From NCBI GenBank assembly GCA_934149515.1, contig CAKPFD010000006.1:3760-67759 (forward strand): a DNA stretch of 64,000 bases, in the 5' to 3' direction. A program made the translations under genes and the position numbers. Positions 10,666 to 20,386 of this stretch are shown here, in pieces; position 1 is the first letter of the stretch, and each line of letters begins with the position of its first letter. Under the pieces are notes generated by a model that was not told the DNA's origin, ran no database searches, and saw nothing but the letters and a program-made list of their open reading frames with translations. The stretch comes from an uncultured Bacilli bacterium. GTDB taxonomy: Bacteria > Bacillota_I > Bacilli_A > RF39 > UBA660.

Positions 10666-12459
10666 TTAATCTATCGATATATTGACTTCATTTGATTTAG
10701 TACTATAAACATATACAGCATCTTCATCCTTTACAGCTTTTATTGCTGAATAATAATCTTTATCAAACGTTTTTGCATAAATTTTCATATTTTGTTGTAC
10801 TGGAATGTTTACTTTACCACGCGATGAAGAAATAACATCTAACAATGTATCTTCTCCATTATCATTTACTTGATAAATATTAAATTGATATTCCCCACCA
10901 GTAAGATGACTAACTAAATATTGACCTGCATTGGCAATACTAACTTCTACCTGTCCATCTTTTACTTCAGATACTACAATTTCTGGTGTACGAACAAGTG
11001 TTAGAACATCTGATAAACTACTATATATTTTTTTACCAGCCTGATTTGTAGCATAAAACTTTGCAGCATAATATCCAGTACCATCTTCTGGCATAATAGC
11101 AGTAGAATCTGAATGCTCCAACTTTTCAATCAAGAACATATCAGGTGCTAAATCACTCCAAAAAGACATTTGATAAATATCAGCACCGAAATCATTCTGC
11201 ATATAATCATTTTGAACAGCTGAAAAATTATTTATTTTTAAAAGTTCCCCATTCTGTTGATGCCATTCAAACGTTAAACCACTCTGATCACCATTTAAAA
11301 TAGGAGTTGCTAACTCTCTAGTATCAAGAACAAATTTCTGCAATCTTGCTTTAGATCTTTTAAACTCATGAAAAATACCTGTCTCATCATAATAACCTAA
11401 CACTGCCGTTAAAGTATCCACACTTCCTTTTTTGGTCCGATAAATAAATTCATTATCTGTGATTTTTTGTACACCAAGCGCACTATCTTTTGTCTCACCA
11501 TTATAAATAACATAACCAAAACGTTCTGGACTTACTTTTAACACATAAGCTTTCGGCATAGTAACTTTTAATTTGTAGTAAACATAATCCCCTTCTTCTT
11601 TTAAATAATCTGGATTAGAAAGATCATTTTCAATAGAAGTATAAAAGTCATATTTACCAACAAAAAGATTTTTAGAATTATAATAACTATATACTTTTTT
11701 ACCATTACCATCTAAAACATAAGAACGTGCACTAATCATATAAAGATAGTTAGGATTAACCTCAAATGATAATTGTCCCAAATGATACTGCTTACCAATT
11801 TGCAATGAGAATTGTTTGTTTACAGTATCAATAGTAGCATCGGGATAAGATTCTAAAACTGTATAAGTTTTTGATAAACTAGTATCTGCTTTTAAATCAT
11901 ATTTTAACCTTTCCACATCCTGTCCATTATAACTAAGTTGAACCTCCACTTCTACTCCATCCACATGATCCATTGGATTTTCTACATCATCCACAAAAAT
12001 ATTTAAATCATACTTTAATAAACTAGAATTATCAACAATAGCAACCGGACCATTATTTAAAGAGAAAAAAGGCGTTTTAGGGCTAGACACAGTTGTATTA
12101 TCTTCCTCTAATTGCAAATTAGTATAATTGATAGTAAATGAACTAGGAGGTGTAATCTCTTCTCCTGTTAAACCATTGATCCACTTAGAAGATGCACTTT
12201 TATAATAAATAATCATATTACTTAAATCACTTGATTCAATTGTTTTAGAAGCAAGCATAATTAAATTTGTCGTCAATTTGCCTTCATACCCAGTTGCTTT
12301 ATTCACATTTCTTGTAAAAACATGCGAACCAATCACATAAGAAGAAGGCTCAATATTATCTGCTGATACTGTTTTAGCATACACATCATGATAAGAAAAA
12401 CTTACAACAGACAATACAAACAAAAATATTAAAAACTTTATAGTCTGCAACTTTTTCAT
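10666..12459 (-). CDS. secreted protein of unknown function
   Basis: N-terminal signal peptide (MKKLQTIKFLIFLFVLSVVSFSYHDVYA). 597 aa, beta-rich composition. Confidence 0.6.
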   Translation of the reverse strand: MKKLQTIKFLIFLFVLSVVSFSYHDVYAKTVSADNIEPSSYVIGSHVFTRNVNKATGYEGKLTTNLIMLASKTIESSDLSNMIIYYKSASSKWINGLTGEEITPPSSFTINYTNLQLEEDNTTVSSPKTPFFSLNNGPVAIVDNSSLLKYDLNIFVDDVENPMDHVDGVEVEVQLSYNGQDVERLKYDLKADTSLSKTYTVLESYPDATIDTVNKQFSLQIGKQYHLGQLSFEVNPNYLYMISARSYVLDGNGKKVYSYYNSKNLFVGKYDFYTSIENDLSNPDYLKEEGDYVYYKLKVTMPKAYVLKVSPERFGYVIYNGETKDSALGVQKITDNEFIYRTKKGSVDTLTAVLGYYDETGIFHEFKRSKARLQKFVLDTRELATPILNGDQSGLTFEWHQQNGELLKINNFSAVQNDYMQNDFGADIYQMSFWSDLAPDMFLIEKLEHSDSTAIMPEDGTGYYAAKFYATNQAGKKIYSSLSDVLTLVRTPEIVVSEVKDGQVEVSIANAGQYLVSHLTGGEYQFNIYQVNDNGEDTLLDVISSSRGKVNIPVQQNMKIYAKTFDKDYYSAIKAVKDEDAVYVYSTKSNEVNISID

Positions 12460-12475
12460 TTTAAATTCCTTTCTA

Positions 12476-13711
12476 CTACTGAATATTTGCTACAACCGTA
12501 ACACCATTTGTTAATGTAACTGTAACAAATTGTATCCCATCAATTTCAAACTTATTAACAACCATATTATTACCAGTACAAAGTACAACACCATTGAAAG
12601 AAATAGATGTTACAGTAATTGCTACGCCATCTTCATAAACTGTTAATAATCTATCTGGTGAGTACTGATCAACACTGGTCACTTTCACTGTGTAATTTTT
12701 TTGATTCCACTTTGCCACAAGGGTTATGTTATTAGTAACTGGCAAATTAAAATCATAGAGATTTCCATTTAAAAGCCAACCACCAAAAGTATAACCAGCT
12801 CTAACTGGATCACTTGGTCTTGCTATTTTTCCACCTTCACTTACAGTTTGTGAAGAAACATTGGTTCCACCATTTGAATTAAATGAAATAGTATAATTTT
12901 TCTTCGCAATTTCATTCCATTTCGCAACTAATATCATATTACTAGTAACAGGTGAATTAAAATCATATTCACTACTGCCTAACATCCATGAAACAAAAGT
13001 ATAACCAGCTCTTGTTGGTGTAGCAGGTCTTGTTACTTTGCCACCTTCTTGAATGCTCTGATCACTAACTGCTGATCCACCATTTGAACGAAAAGACACC
13101 GTATATTTTTTGATAGTTGAAATAGTAGATGAACTAGTATTAGAAGAGGAATTATTATTCGTTGGTTTTTCTGTCGTTGTATTTTTATCTTCTTCCTTTA
13201 CCTTTTCCCATTTGGCTTTTAGTTGAATATTTTCTAAAATGCTTGTTTCAAAATCAAAAATAGTATTATTCAAAAACCATCCTCCAAAAGTATAACCTTC
13301 TTTCACTGGATACATCGGCATACTAGCTTTACTATTTTTTTTGATAATTTGATTAGAAATTGTCGTTCCACCATCTGAATCAAAAGAAACAACCACCATT
13401 TCATCTTTATTATCTACTTTCACCCATTTTGCTGTTAATGTAAAACTTGACGTAACAGGTGTAGAAAAATTATAAGTTTTTCCCTGGTATGTCCATTCTT
13501 CAAACAAATAACCAGACTTTTTAGGATCCATTGGTTTGCTTACTTTTTCATTCTTTTTAATCGTTTGAGAAGCCACTTTCGTTCCACCGTTTGTAACAAA
13601 AGATACCTCAAACGCTGCTGGTTTTAGTATACAAAAAAACATGATAATCAAAAGTATAACAATCAAAGATACCATTATACTAATAATCATGAGTCTTTTT
13701 TTCTTATCCAT
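12476..13711 (-). CDS. surface protein with four Listeria-Bacteroides (Flg_new / InlB B-repeat) repeats
   Basis: Four ~65-aa repeats of the form (V/I)SF.SNGG..V..Q.....K..RP..P.R.GYTF.GW......YDF..PVT....L.AKW. N-terminal TM anchor and Ser/Thr/Asn linker. Confidence 0.8.
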   Translation of the reverse strand: MDKKKRLMIISIMVSLIVILLIIMFFCILKPAAFEVSFVTNGGTKVASQTIKKNEKVSKPMDPKKSGYLFEEWTYQGKTYNFSTPVTSSFTLTAKWVKVDNKDEMVVVSFDSDGGTTISNQIIKKNSKASMPMYPVKEGYTFGGWFLNNTIFDFETSILENIQLKAKWEKVKEEDKNTTTEKPTNNNSSSNTSSSTISTIKKYTVSFRSNGGSAVSDQSIQEGGKVTRPATPTRAGYTFVSWMLGSSEYDFNSPVTSNMILVAKWNEIAKKNYTISFNSNGGTNVSSQTVSEGGKIARPSDPVRAGYTFGGWLLNGNLYDFNLPVTNNITLVAKWNQKNYTVKVTSVDQYSPDRLLTVYEDGVAITVTSISFNGVVLCTGNNMVVNKFEIDGIQFVTVTLTNGVTVVANIQ

Positions 13712-13816
13712 CTTTTCCTCCTTTTTATTTTTTTAAAACAGAAAGTAACTTCACTTCTATCTACAAAGCCAAAAAAAGATATAAAGCAATATTTTACTCT
13801 CTTATCAAGAGTATAG

Positions 13817-13896
13817 CATAGCTTGTCGAAAAATGACACTATTTGTAGAACATTTTTCTATTATAAATATATAATTAAAATCTATTATAAATGACA
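13817..13896. promoter_or_regulatory. candidate operator repeats in the divergent intergenic region
   Basis: 12-nt direct repeat tctattataaat at 13857-13868 and 13881-13892. aaatgaca occurs twice (13831-13838, 13889-13896). A nearby tactct/agagta inverted repeat. Confidence 0.3.
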
Positions 13897-13921
13897 AAAT
13901 ATATATAGGTGGTGATATTAA

Positions 13922-14209
13922 ATGAATTTTAGCCCGGCTGATGACCGCTATATATATGAATTAGTGAGTAAAAATATTAAATACTATCGCTTACATAATA
14001 ATAGTAAATACAGTAAGTATGGTAAAATAACACAAGAAAAACTAGCAGAACTTTGTGATTTAAGTCATAGTTTAATCAGTAATATTGAATCAGCTAAAGT
14101 CCAACAATCATTTAGTTTAGCCGTTCTTTATAGAATATCAAAAGTATTAGAAATTGATATTAGCAAGTTATTTGAACAACGCGATGAAAACGGACATCTA
14201 TCAAAATAA
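13922..14209 (+). CDS. XRE-family HTH transcriptional regulator
   Basis: HTH_3-like ITQEKLAELCDLSHSLISNIES segment; 95 aa. Confidence 0.8.
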   Translation: MNFSPADDRYIYELVSKNIKYYRLHNNSKYSKYGKITQEKLAELCDLSHSLISNIESAKVQQSFSLAVLYRISKVLEIDISKLFEQRDENGHLSK

Positions 14210-14246
14210 AGGAATCAAACCATTTTAGGTCGATTCCTTTTTATTT
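14209..14246. terminator. hairpin between convergent genes
   Basis: aaggaatc/gattcctt stem followed by a T-rich tract. The loop is rather long. Confidence 0.4.
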
Positions 14247-14257
14247 TATATTAATAA

Positions 14258-14734
14258 TTATTTGTGAATATCTTGAACTTCAGGTTTTATGTCAAGCTTT
14301 TTAGATAATTCATCAGACACATTGCTCATTTTTGTTAAAAATATATATCTTCCAAGTTGTTGTTCATAAGCTAAACCATTCTCACCCATTACATATTTAT
14401 GATATACTCCGTTAGTTTTATCTGTCACAAGTGAATTAAACATATTTACCATAAGTTCTTTGTATTCAGGATCTTGCATTTCCAATTCATAAAATTTATT
14501 AACTGCATCCCTTTGATGATTAACTTGTTCTTGTAAACTAGCTGAATTATTAATAGTGCCATGTTGTTTTAATAAATTGTTTATTTTATCCAAATTAGGC
14601 AATACAAGGTTCATTGTTTTTGAAACTTCCCCTTTCTTAGATAAATCCAAACCATAAATCAAAATGGCATCATGCATAGCAAGCATTTCATCAATTGCAG
14701 AATATTTTATTTCTCTTGTTTCTGAATTACTCAT
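14258..14734 (-). CDS. hypothetical protein
   Basis: The track ORF extends to 14800. ATG at 14734 behind TTAGGAGGAG is the likely start (MSNSETREIK...). Confidence 0.55.
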   Translation of the reverse strand: MSNSETREIKYSAIDEMLAMHDAILIYGLDLSKKGEVSKTMNLVLPNLDKINNLLKQHGTINNSASLQEQVNHQRDAVNKFYELEMQDPEYKELMVNMFNSLVTDKTNGVYHKYVMGENGLAYEQQLGRYIFLTKMSNVSDELSKKLDIKPEVQDIHK

Positions 14735-14772
14735 TTTTTCTCCTCCTAAAATCAAAATATCATAAAATGCAT

Positions 14773-14793
14773 TATATATATATATATATATAT
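14773..14793. repeat. (TA)10 dinucleotide microsatellite
   Basis: 21 nt of strictly alternating T/A read directly. It lies about 40 nt upstream of the likely start at 14734. Confidence 0.95.
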
Positions 14794-14874
14794 TTGACAC
14801 TTTTTTGACATCATTTTACATCTAAATTTTAAGGCAAAAAAAGAACTCTTCTAATGAATAGAGCTCTATTTTTA

Positions 14875-15492
14875 CTATTGCATTTCTACTAAAGACAACT
14901 TTTTATCCTCATGAATAAAGATAAGGGTTGCTTCATTTTGATAATCATTATCTTTTGTATATGTCCACTTGACCTTTACTTGATAAGCAGCATCATCGGT
15001 TTGATTTAATGCTTTAAAACTGGTAGTAGTAACATCTTCTATTGTTACCTTATCAACCGTTGGTAAATCCTGTTTACGACTATGATATATATCATTTTGA
15101 ACATATTTATAAATTGTATCTTCTGCTTTTAATAAGAAATTATCAAGTGCAGCACTATGTACAAACTGTGTTCCACCAACATCTGTATTTGCTACTTTGT
15201 CACTAAGAGAATAAAAGTCTAAAACAAACATCTGTGCAATCTTAGAAACATATTTTTCTTCATCGACTGGTTCTTCTTTTAAAATTTCAGCAAGTTCTTT
15301 AAATTCCTTTTGATAAGCTTTACTTTTATTTGATTTTAAGATATAACCATACCCTTTTATTTCATTAATAACTTTTGCTTTTGTCGTTGTTTTTTTAGGT
15401 GCAAATTGCAAATATAGTAAACTACCAACTCCTAAAACAATCAAAAGGATAGCAACGATTAAAATTCTTTTTACACTTTTTTTAAGTCTCAT
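14875..15492 (-). CDS. hypothetical membrane-anchored protein
   Basis: N-terminal TM segment (ILIVAILLIVLGVGSLLYL). No recognised domain. Confidence 0.55.
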   Translation of the reverse strand: MRLKKSVKRILIVAILLIVLGVGSLLYLQFAPKKTTTKAKVINEIKGYGYILKSNKSKAYQKEFKELAEILKEEPVDEEKYVSKIAQMFVLDFYSLSDKVANTDVGGTQFVHSAALDNFLLKAEDTIYKYVQNDIYHSRKQDLPTVDKVTIEDVTTTSFKALNQTDDAAYQVKVKWTYTKDNDYQNEATLIFIHEDKKLSLVEMQ

Positions 15493-15509
15493 ACAAACAT
15501 TCCTTTCTT

Positions 15510-17588
15510 CTACTTCGTTTGATATGTCATTACTTCACCCTTTTTAGGATTCAATAAATCAAACACAATAATATTATTAGATACATCTAAAAGTTTTTCC
15601 GTATAAGTACTATTTTTTTGAATATAATCATCGCTGATAACTTCATCTTTTAAAGACATGTACTCACCTTTTTGACTATTATAATAAACTTTACTTGTTA
15701 ACCAGTTACCATTTGGGAACACCACAATATTATCATCACCTTGCTCGAAAATATCATGACCTAAAGCGTAACGATCATAAAATCCTAGCATATTTCCAAG
15801 GGTTGGTAATACATCATACATTCCCATAATAGAATCTACTTGTCCTTGTACAACTTGATCTTTAGACCAGATAAGAAGTGGTACTTTTCGATTTAATTCA
15901 TAATGATAATTATTAAATTCTTGATAGGTTGAATTATTTTTATCTTTGACACTATCCGTTGTTGTATCATAGTTGAGCATTTTAACATAGTCACTACGTG
16001 GTAATCTTGCATCATGATCTCCATAAAGAACAACAACCGTGTTATCTAATAAACCTTCTTCATCTAACTTGGTAAAGAATTCTCCTAAAGCAGCATCAGC
16101 ATAATGAACAGATTTAAAATAATTTCCAAGTTTTGTTCCTTCTAGATAAGGATGAGATACTTCTTTGGTTGTGCCACCTTCTAATGTAACAGTTTCTTTA
16201 ATATCAACATCAAATTCACCATATTTATCTGTTTCTGAAAAAGGTGTATGATTGGTAAGACTTATCAACAAACCATAATATTTTTCGTGATCGTTTTTAA
16301 TTGTTTTTAACTTTTCAATTGATTGAGCAAAGAATGATTTATCAGATAAACCAAGACCAATTAAATTATCACTATTGACTTCATATGTTTCTTTACTATA
16401 AAACTTATTGTATCCTAATGATTCATGCATAGTTCGTCTATTCCAGAAATCTGCATTATTAGCATGCATACTAAAGGTATAATAACCTTTTTCTTTCATC
16501 ATTTTTGGAATACTTTGATAATAGCGATCAAAATAACTAACAAATGCAGTACCGTTTTGAGTCGGCATCAAACTAGTTGTAAAAGTAAGTTCTGTATCAC
16601 TACTTGTTCCAACACTAACTTGTGAATAAAAATTAGAAAAGAATAAACCTTCTTTAATTAAACGATTTAAATTTGGTGTTACTTCTTGTCCATTAAAGGT
16701 ACGATTTAATGCAACATCTTGTAAACTTTCTGCATGAATGACAATAACATTTCTACCTTCTAAAATATTGGTATATTTATTGGTATAATCTTGTGTTTCA
16801 GATTTATCTTTAAAATACTCTTCAAACTCTTTTTTTGCTTTATCATATCCAAACATTGCACTAATTTTTGGTTGTACACTTTTTACTAAGTCATTTCCTT
16901 GATATAAATAAATACCAAATCGCATAACGATATATTCACGATTCCATTGCTTTATAAAACGTCCCACTTCTAAACCAGATAAAGAAATGATAAAAGCAAT
17001 CATAATAATGGCACCACCAGCAAACGTATGTGTCCATTTTGTTTTTCTTACTGGTTTTGTATATTTTTGATATTTACCTTTTTTAACCAAGTAATGATAA
17101 TAGAAAATAAAAGCAAATAAAGGAATTAAATAAAACAAATCTTTTAATTGTAAAACATTTTCTACAACAGCATCACCAACTGGTGCTATGAATTGTGTTA
17201 ATGATAACATCGAAAAGCTTGCAAAAGAAGTATAAAATGTATAATAAATAGAATTGATCATACAACAAGCAGTAAAAATAATCGCCCATACTAATAAATA
17301 GGTATAGCGTTTTTTATTTTTAAATAGATAGGAAAATGATCCAATCATCACAACAATAGCAACATCAGACATAATTGGTTTAATTGCTAAGTAATTTTCA
17401 AATGTATGCATGGTAAAAAAACGTAAGCAAGTTGAATTAAGGACACACATACAAACAAATACAACAAACAAACTATTATTTTTAAAATAGTTTTGTATTA
17501 CTTTTTCTTCTTTCATTCGTTTGACTTGTTGAACAAGTTGAGTTTTCTTTTTCTTTATTTTGTCTTTCATATCAGGCACCAACCTCAT
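15510..17588 (-). CDS. ltaS: lipoteichoic acid synthase (LtaS-type sulfatase-family phosphoglycerol transferase)
   Basis: Multi-TM N-terminus followed by an extracellular sulfatase domain (HAESLQ..., GQEVTPNLN, VGTSSDTE, GDHD). Confidence 0.85.
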   Translation of the reverse strand: MRLVPDMKDKIKKKKTQLVQQVKRMKEEKVIQNYFKNNSLFVVFVCMCVLNSTCLRFFTMHTFENYLAIKPIMSDVAIVVMIGSFSYLFKNKKRYTYLLVWAIIFTACCMINSIYYTFYTSFASFSMLSLTQFIAPVGDAVVENVLQLKDLFYLIPLFAFIFYYHYLVKKGKYQKYTKPVRKTKWTHTFAGGAIIMIAFIISLSGLEVGRFIKQWNREYIVMRFGIYLYQGNDLVKSVQPKISAMFGYDKAKKEFEEYFKDKSETQDYTNKYTNILEGRNVIVIHAESLQDVALNRTFNGQEVTPNLNRLIKEGLFFSNFYSQVSVGTSSDTELTFTTSLMPTQNGTAFVSYFDRYYQSIPKMMKEKGYYTFSMHANNADFWNRRTMHESLGYNKFYSKETYEVNSDNLIGLGLSDKSFFAQSIEKLKTIKNDHEKYYGLLISLTNHTPFSETDKYGEFDVDIKETVTLEGGTTKEVSHPYLEGTKLGNYFKSVHYADAALGEFFTKLDEEGLLDNTVVVLYGDHDARLPRSDYVKMLNYDTTTDSVKDKNNSTYQEFNNYHYELNRKVPLLIWSKDQVVQGQVDSIMGMYDVLPTLGNMLGFYDRYALGHDIFEQGDDNIVVFPNGNWLTSKVYYNSQKGEYMSLKDEVISDDYIQKNSTYTEKLLDVSNNIIVFDLLNPKKGEVMTYQTK

Positions 17589-18196
17589 TTCTTTCTTATT
17601 ATAGCACTTGTCTTATCTTTTTTCAAATTAGATAGATGAATGGAATGTTTATGGCAAAAAGAAAGGATTAGTTGCCATACCCAAAAGAAAAGAAATAGAC
17701 ACTGGCTAAGATGTACGATGGAAAATAATGTTTGAGAAGAATAGATAGCTTCTGGTGATGTAAAGGAAATATTTTGTTGATAACAAATCGTGCTAAATAT
17801 AGTAAATAAGAAAATAATAAACAATAAAATGATTAAGTTTCCTCTTTTATGCCAAGTAGTAAGTGGTAATTGAACACTAACAACTAAACTGATAAAGCAA
17901 CAAATAACACTAGCAAAATAGAAAATAATATTTGGAAAATAAAAACACTGCATCGCTACTTTCACAATCTCAAATAATACTTGATGAATATCTTGTTGAA
18001 ATAAAAAATAAATAAAACATAAGATAAATAATAATAAACCACAAATCAAATAAGGTATTTTTTTATTTTGAATAGTTTGATTAAAGTGAAAGAACAAATA
18101 AATAACAAGAAAAACAATCAATAATTCTATTGTTAAAAAGGAAGAAAAAATACATTGCAAAACTGTCATTATCTGTTTTGGAAAAGAAAGTTCCAT
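17585..18196 (-). CDS. polytopic membrane protein, paralog of 56766..57593
   Basis: The track ORF runs to 18259 and overlaps the sortase. Likely starts are ATG 18196 or 18208, after AAGGAG. It shares the YFP.II.Y and (I/L)Y.S...S...FLF..WV motifs with the 275-aa protein of the second sortase locus. Confidence 0.55.
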   Translation of the reverse strand: MELSFPKQIMTVLQCIFSSFLTIELLIVFLVIYLFFHFNQTIQNKKIPYLICGLLLFILCFIYFLFQQDIHQVLFEIVKVAMQCFYFPNIIFYFASVICCFISLVVSVQLPLTTWHKRGNLIILLFIIFLFTIFSTICYQQNISFTSPEAIYSSQTLFSIVHLSQCLFLFFWVWQLILSFCHKHSIHLSNLKKDKTSAIIRKK

Positions 18197-18212
18197 GACT
18201 ACTACCATCTCC

Positions 18213-18851
18213 TTATGCTTTTTGTTCAAATATATAAATACTTTGATGAGAATCATCATTTCTAGTACAAGTAATTAAGGTTAATGTTTTTTTATGATAA
18301 TCTCGATAAATTGCTACCTTCCCTGTTTTTTCAACAGTATAGGTTTTTACTAATTGATAATGATATGTATTCGCTTGATAACTAACGATCGCTTCATCTC
18401 CTAGTTTTAATTGGTATAAAGAATCAAAAAAGGAAATTGCCGCATCACCAGAGTGTGCCATTAAAATAAAGTTACCATCTATAACATCAGGATAATCTGC
18501 TTCTTTAGCAATTTGAATATTATAATTAATATTATTATATATAGAATCTTTTTCGACAAAACCTCGTTTTAAGGAGATTGCTGGAATTTCTAACTGTCCA
18601 ATATATAAAAACGTTGTATCTTCTTTCATAGATGAATCTGTTGAAGAATCGGAAGGAAGTGTTGTAACATCTTGATTCATATAAATATTATCTTGGTTAA
18701 TTTGATAACGATAAATTGCTAAACGCATATCATTAAAAACTTGTTTTTTTACTTTTTCTAGCGGTGGAAAAAGCAAAATAGCAAAACCAATAACGAAAAC
18801 GCAAATACCAGTGACTAGAAGTTTTTTCTTTGTATTATTTCTTTTTTTCAT
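18213..18851 (-). CDS. sortase (cysteine transpeptidase)
   Basis: N-terminal TM, catalytic His context LMAHSG and TLTLITC active-site motif. Confidence 0.85.
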   Translation of the reverse strand: MKKRNNTKKKLLVTGICVFVIGFAILLFPPLEKVKKQVFNDMRLAIYRYQINQDNIYMNQDVTTLPSDSSTDSSMKEDTTFLYIGQLEIPAISLKRGFVEKDSIYNNINYNIQIAKEADYPDVIDGNFILMAHSGDAAISFFDSLYQLKLGDEAIVSYQANTYHYQLVKTYTVEKTGKVAIYRDYHKKTLTLITCTRNDDSHQSIYIFEQKA

Positions 18852-20280
18852 GATGAGGTTTTACCGCCAAAAGAATGAAAATAGCACCAAGTACAACACT
18901 TATTCCACCAATACAATAAATAATAACAGCATTCAAAGAAGTATTTGGAACAGCAATTTCTTTAGTATTCGTTACTTTTACTTCTGTTTTCGTATCTTTT
19001 TCTACTGTAAAAGGATAATCTTGATTTTCAACACTATAATTATCTGGTACAATTGTTTCTTTCAAAGTATAATTACCAGTTGGTAAAACAAGTTCATAAG
19101 GTTGATTCGTTGTCGTAAATTTAGCAACTTGATTCCCTTTAGAATTCATCACTACAAAAGTAGCACCGGCTAATGCTTTATCTGTTTGAGCATCAACCTT
19201 GTAGATAGCAACACTACCAGTTTCAAGATTATAATCAACTTGAATTCTTCCTGTTAATGTTTCTTTATCAACACTTCCTAAAACCAATTGTGAATAAGGA
19301 CCTGGTTCAGAGTAACTAGAGCGATACAAATAACCATTCAAATGACGAATATTAGCAACAACGGTAACATCTAAACTAATCTGATTATTTTTAATTTTAT
19401 CCATTGCAACACGTAAACGAAATGGTTCATTCGCCATAAACGTATCTTTTTTTATTTGACCAGTACTATCTACAATTTCTACATCACTAGAATCAACTTT
19501 TACTTGATAAGTAGCAAACTGATTCAAAGAAGAAACTGTAATATCATTTGTTTCTAAATAATTTCCAATAATATGATATGTAATATCTTCTTCTTTTGGA
19601 AGTGTCACAGTAGCAGTCGCTGGTTCTTGATAAGATAGTGCTTTCGTTACAATGTCTGTAATCATACTACCAAAATCTTCATCATTAGCAATGGTTTGTT
19701 TATCTGAAACAGATAAATTGTTAACAAGATAGCGATCATCTTCAGCAACCTCACTACAAGAAACAATATCACCATCTATTGTATCGCAATAATCTATATC
19801 ATTGCTATAACCATTTTTTAAATCTAAATACCACCATACCGCAAGTTGTGTTAAATAATAATTCAAATTAGCATTATTCGTTTTAAAATCATTATTTTCT
19901 AAAATATATAAAAGTCCAGAATAATTTTCTAAAACAGAATTTTGCTTAGAATAGATATCACTTGAATCAGCCATTAATCGTCTTCTTGAAACACGATAAG
20001 CCTGATCTAAATCACCAGAATCACTAGTTCCTGCATAAATATTGACATCGATATCACCTATTTGTTTCAATGTAGTTCCTGTGTTTTTTAAAGAAAAGGT
20101 CTCTGGTAACGTTTCATTTTGTATTAAAGCATAAGAAGTATTCGTAGAAAAACTAGATTCAAAAGCAACGACAAACAAAATAACAAAACTAGAAATAACA
20201 GCTATTCTTTTCACCATATGAAATGCTTTATCAAATTGTTGAATCATTTCTTGTTGTTCTTTTGATAATTTCTTTTTCAT
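18835..20280 (-). CDS. sortase-anchored surface adhesin (TQxA thioester-like domain + SpaA/CnaB-type domain)
   Basis: Likely start MKKKLSKEQQ at 20280. Contains YYLTQLAVWWY, GSVAIYKVDAQTDKALAGATFVV...GNYTLKETIVPDNY, and a C-terminal VPNTS + hydrophobic + HHEKKK sorting signal. Confidence 0.8.
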   Translation of the reverse strand: MKKKLSKEQQEMIQQFDKAFHMVKRIAVISSFVILFVVAFESSFSTNTSYALIQNETLPETFSLKNTGTTLKQIGDIDVNIYAGTSDSGDLDQAYRVSRRRLMADSSDIYSKQNSVLENYSGLLYILENNDFKTNNANLNYYLTQLAVWWYLDLKNGYSNDIDYCDTIDGDIVSCSEVAEDDRYLVNNLSVSDKQTIANDEDFGSMITDIVTKALSYQEPATATVTLPKEEDITYHIIGNYLETNDITVSSLNQFATYQVKVDSSDVEIVDSTGQIKKDTFMANEPFRLRVAMDKIKNNQISLDVTVVANIRHLNGYLYRSSYSEPGPYSQLVLGSVDKETLTGRIQVDYNLETGSVAIYKVDAQTDKALAGATFVVMNSKGNQVAKFTTTNQPYELVLPTGNYTLKETIVPDNYSVENQDYPFTVEKDTKTEVKVTNTKEIAVPNTSLNAVIIYCIGGISVVLGAIFILLAVKPHHEKKK

Positions 20281-20353
20281 GATTTTCACCCTACTTTCTA
20301 ATACCAAGTATAACAAAAGCAACTTATTTTTTCAATTATTTTGTCAAAAGAAA

Positions 20354-20381
20354 AGGTGCTATTTCCAATGAATAGACACCT
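20354..20381 (-). terminator. intrinsic terminator between the two adhesin paralogs
   Basis: aggtgctatt / aatag(a)cacct stem, followed by a T-run on the minus strand (plus aaagaaaa 20347-20354). Confidence 0.5.
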
Positions 20382-20386
20382 ATTGA

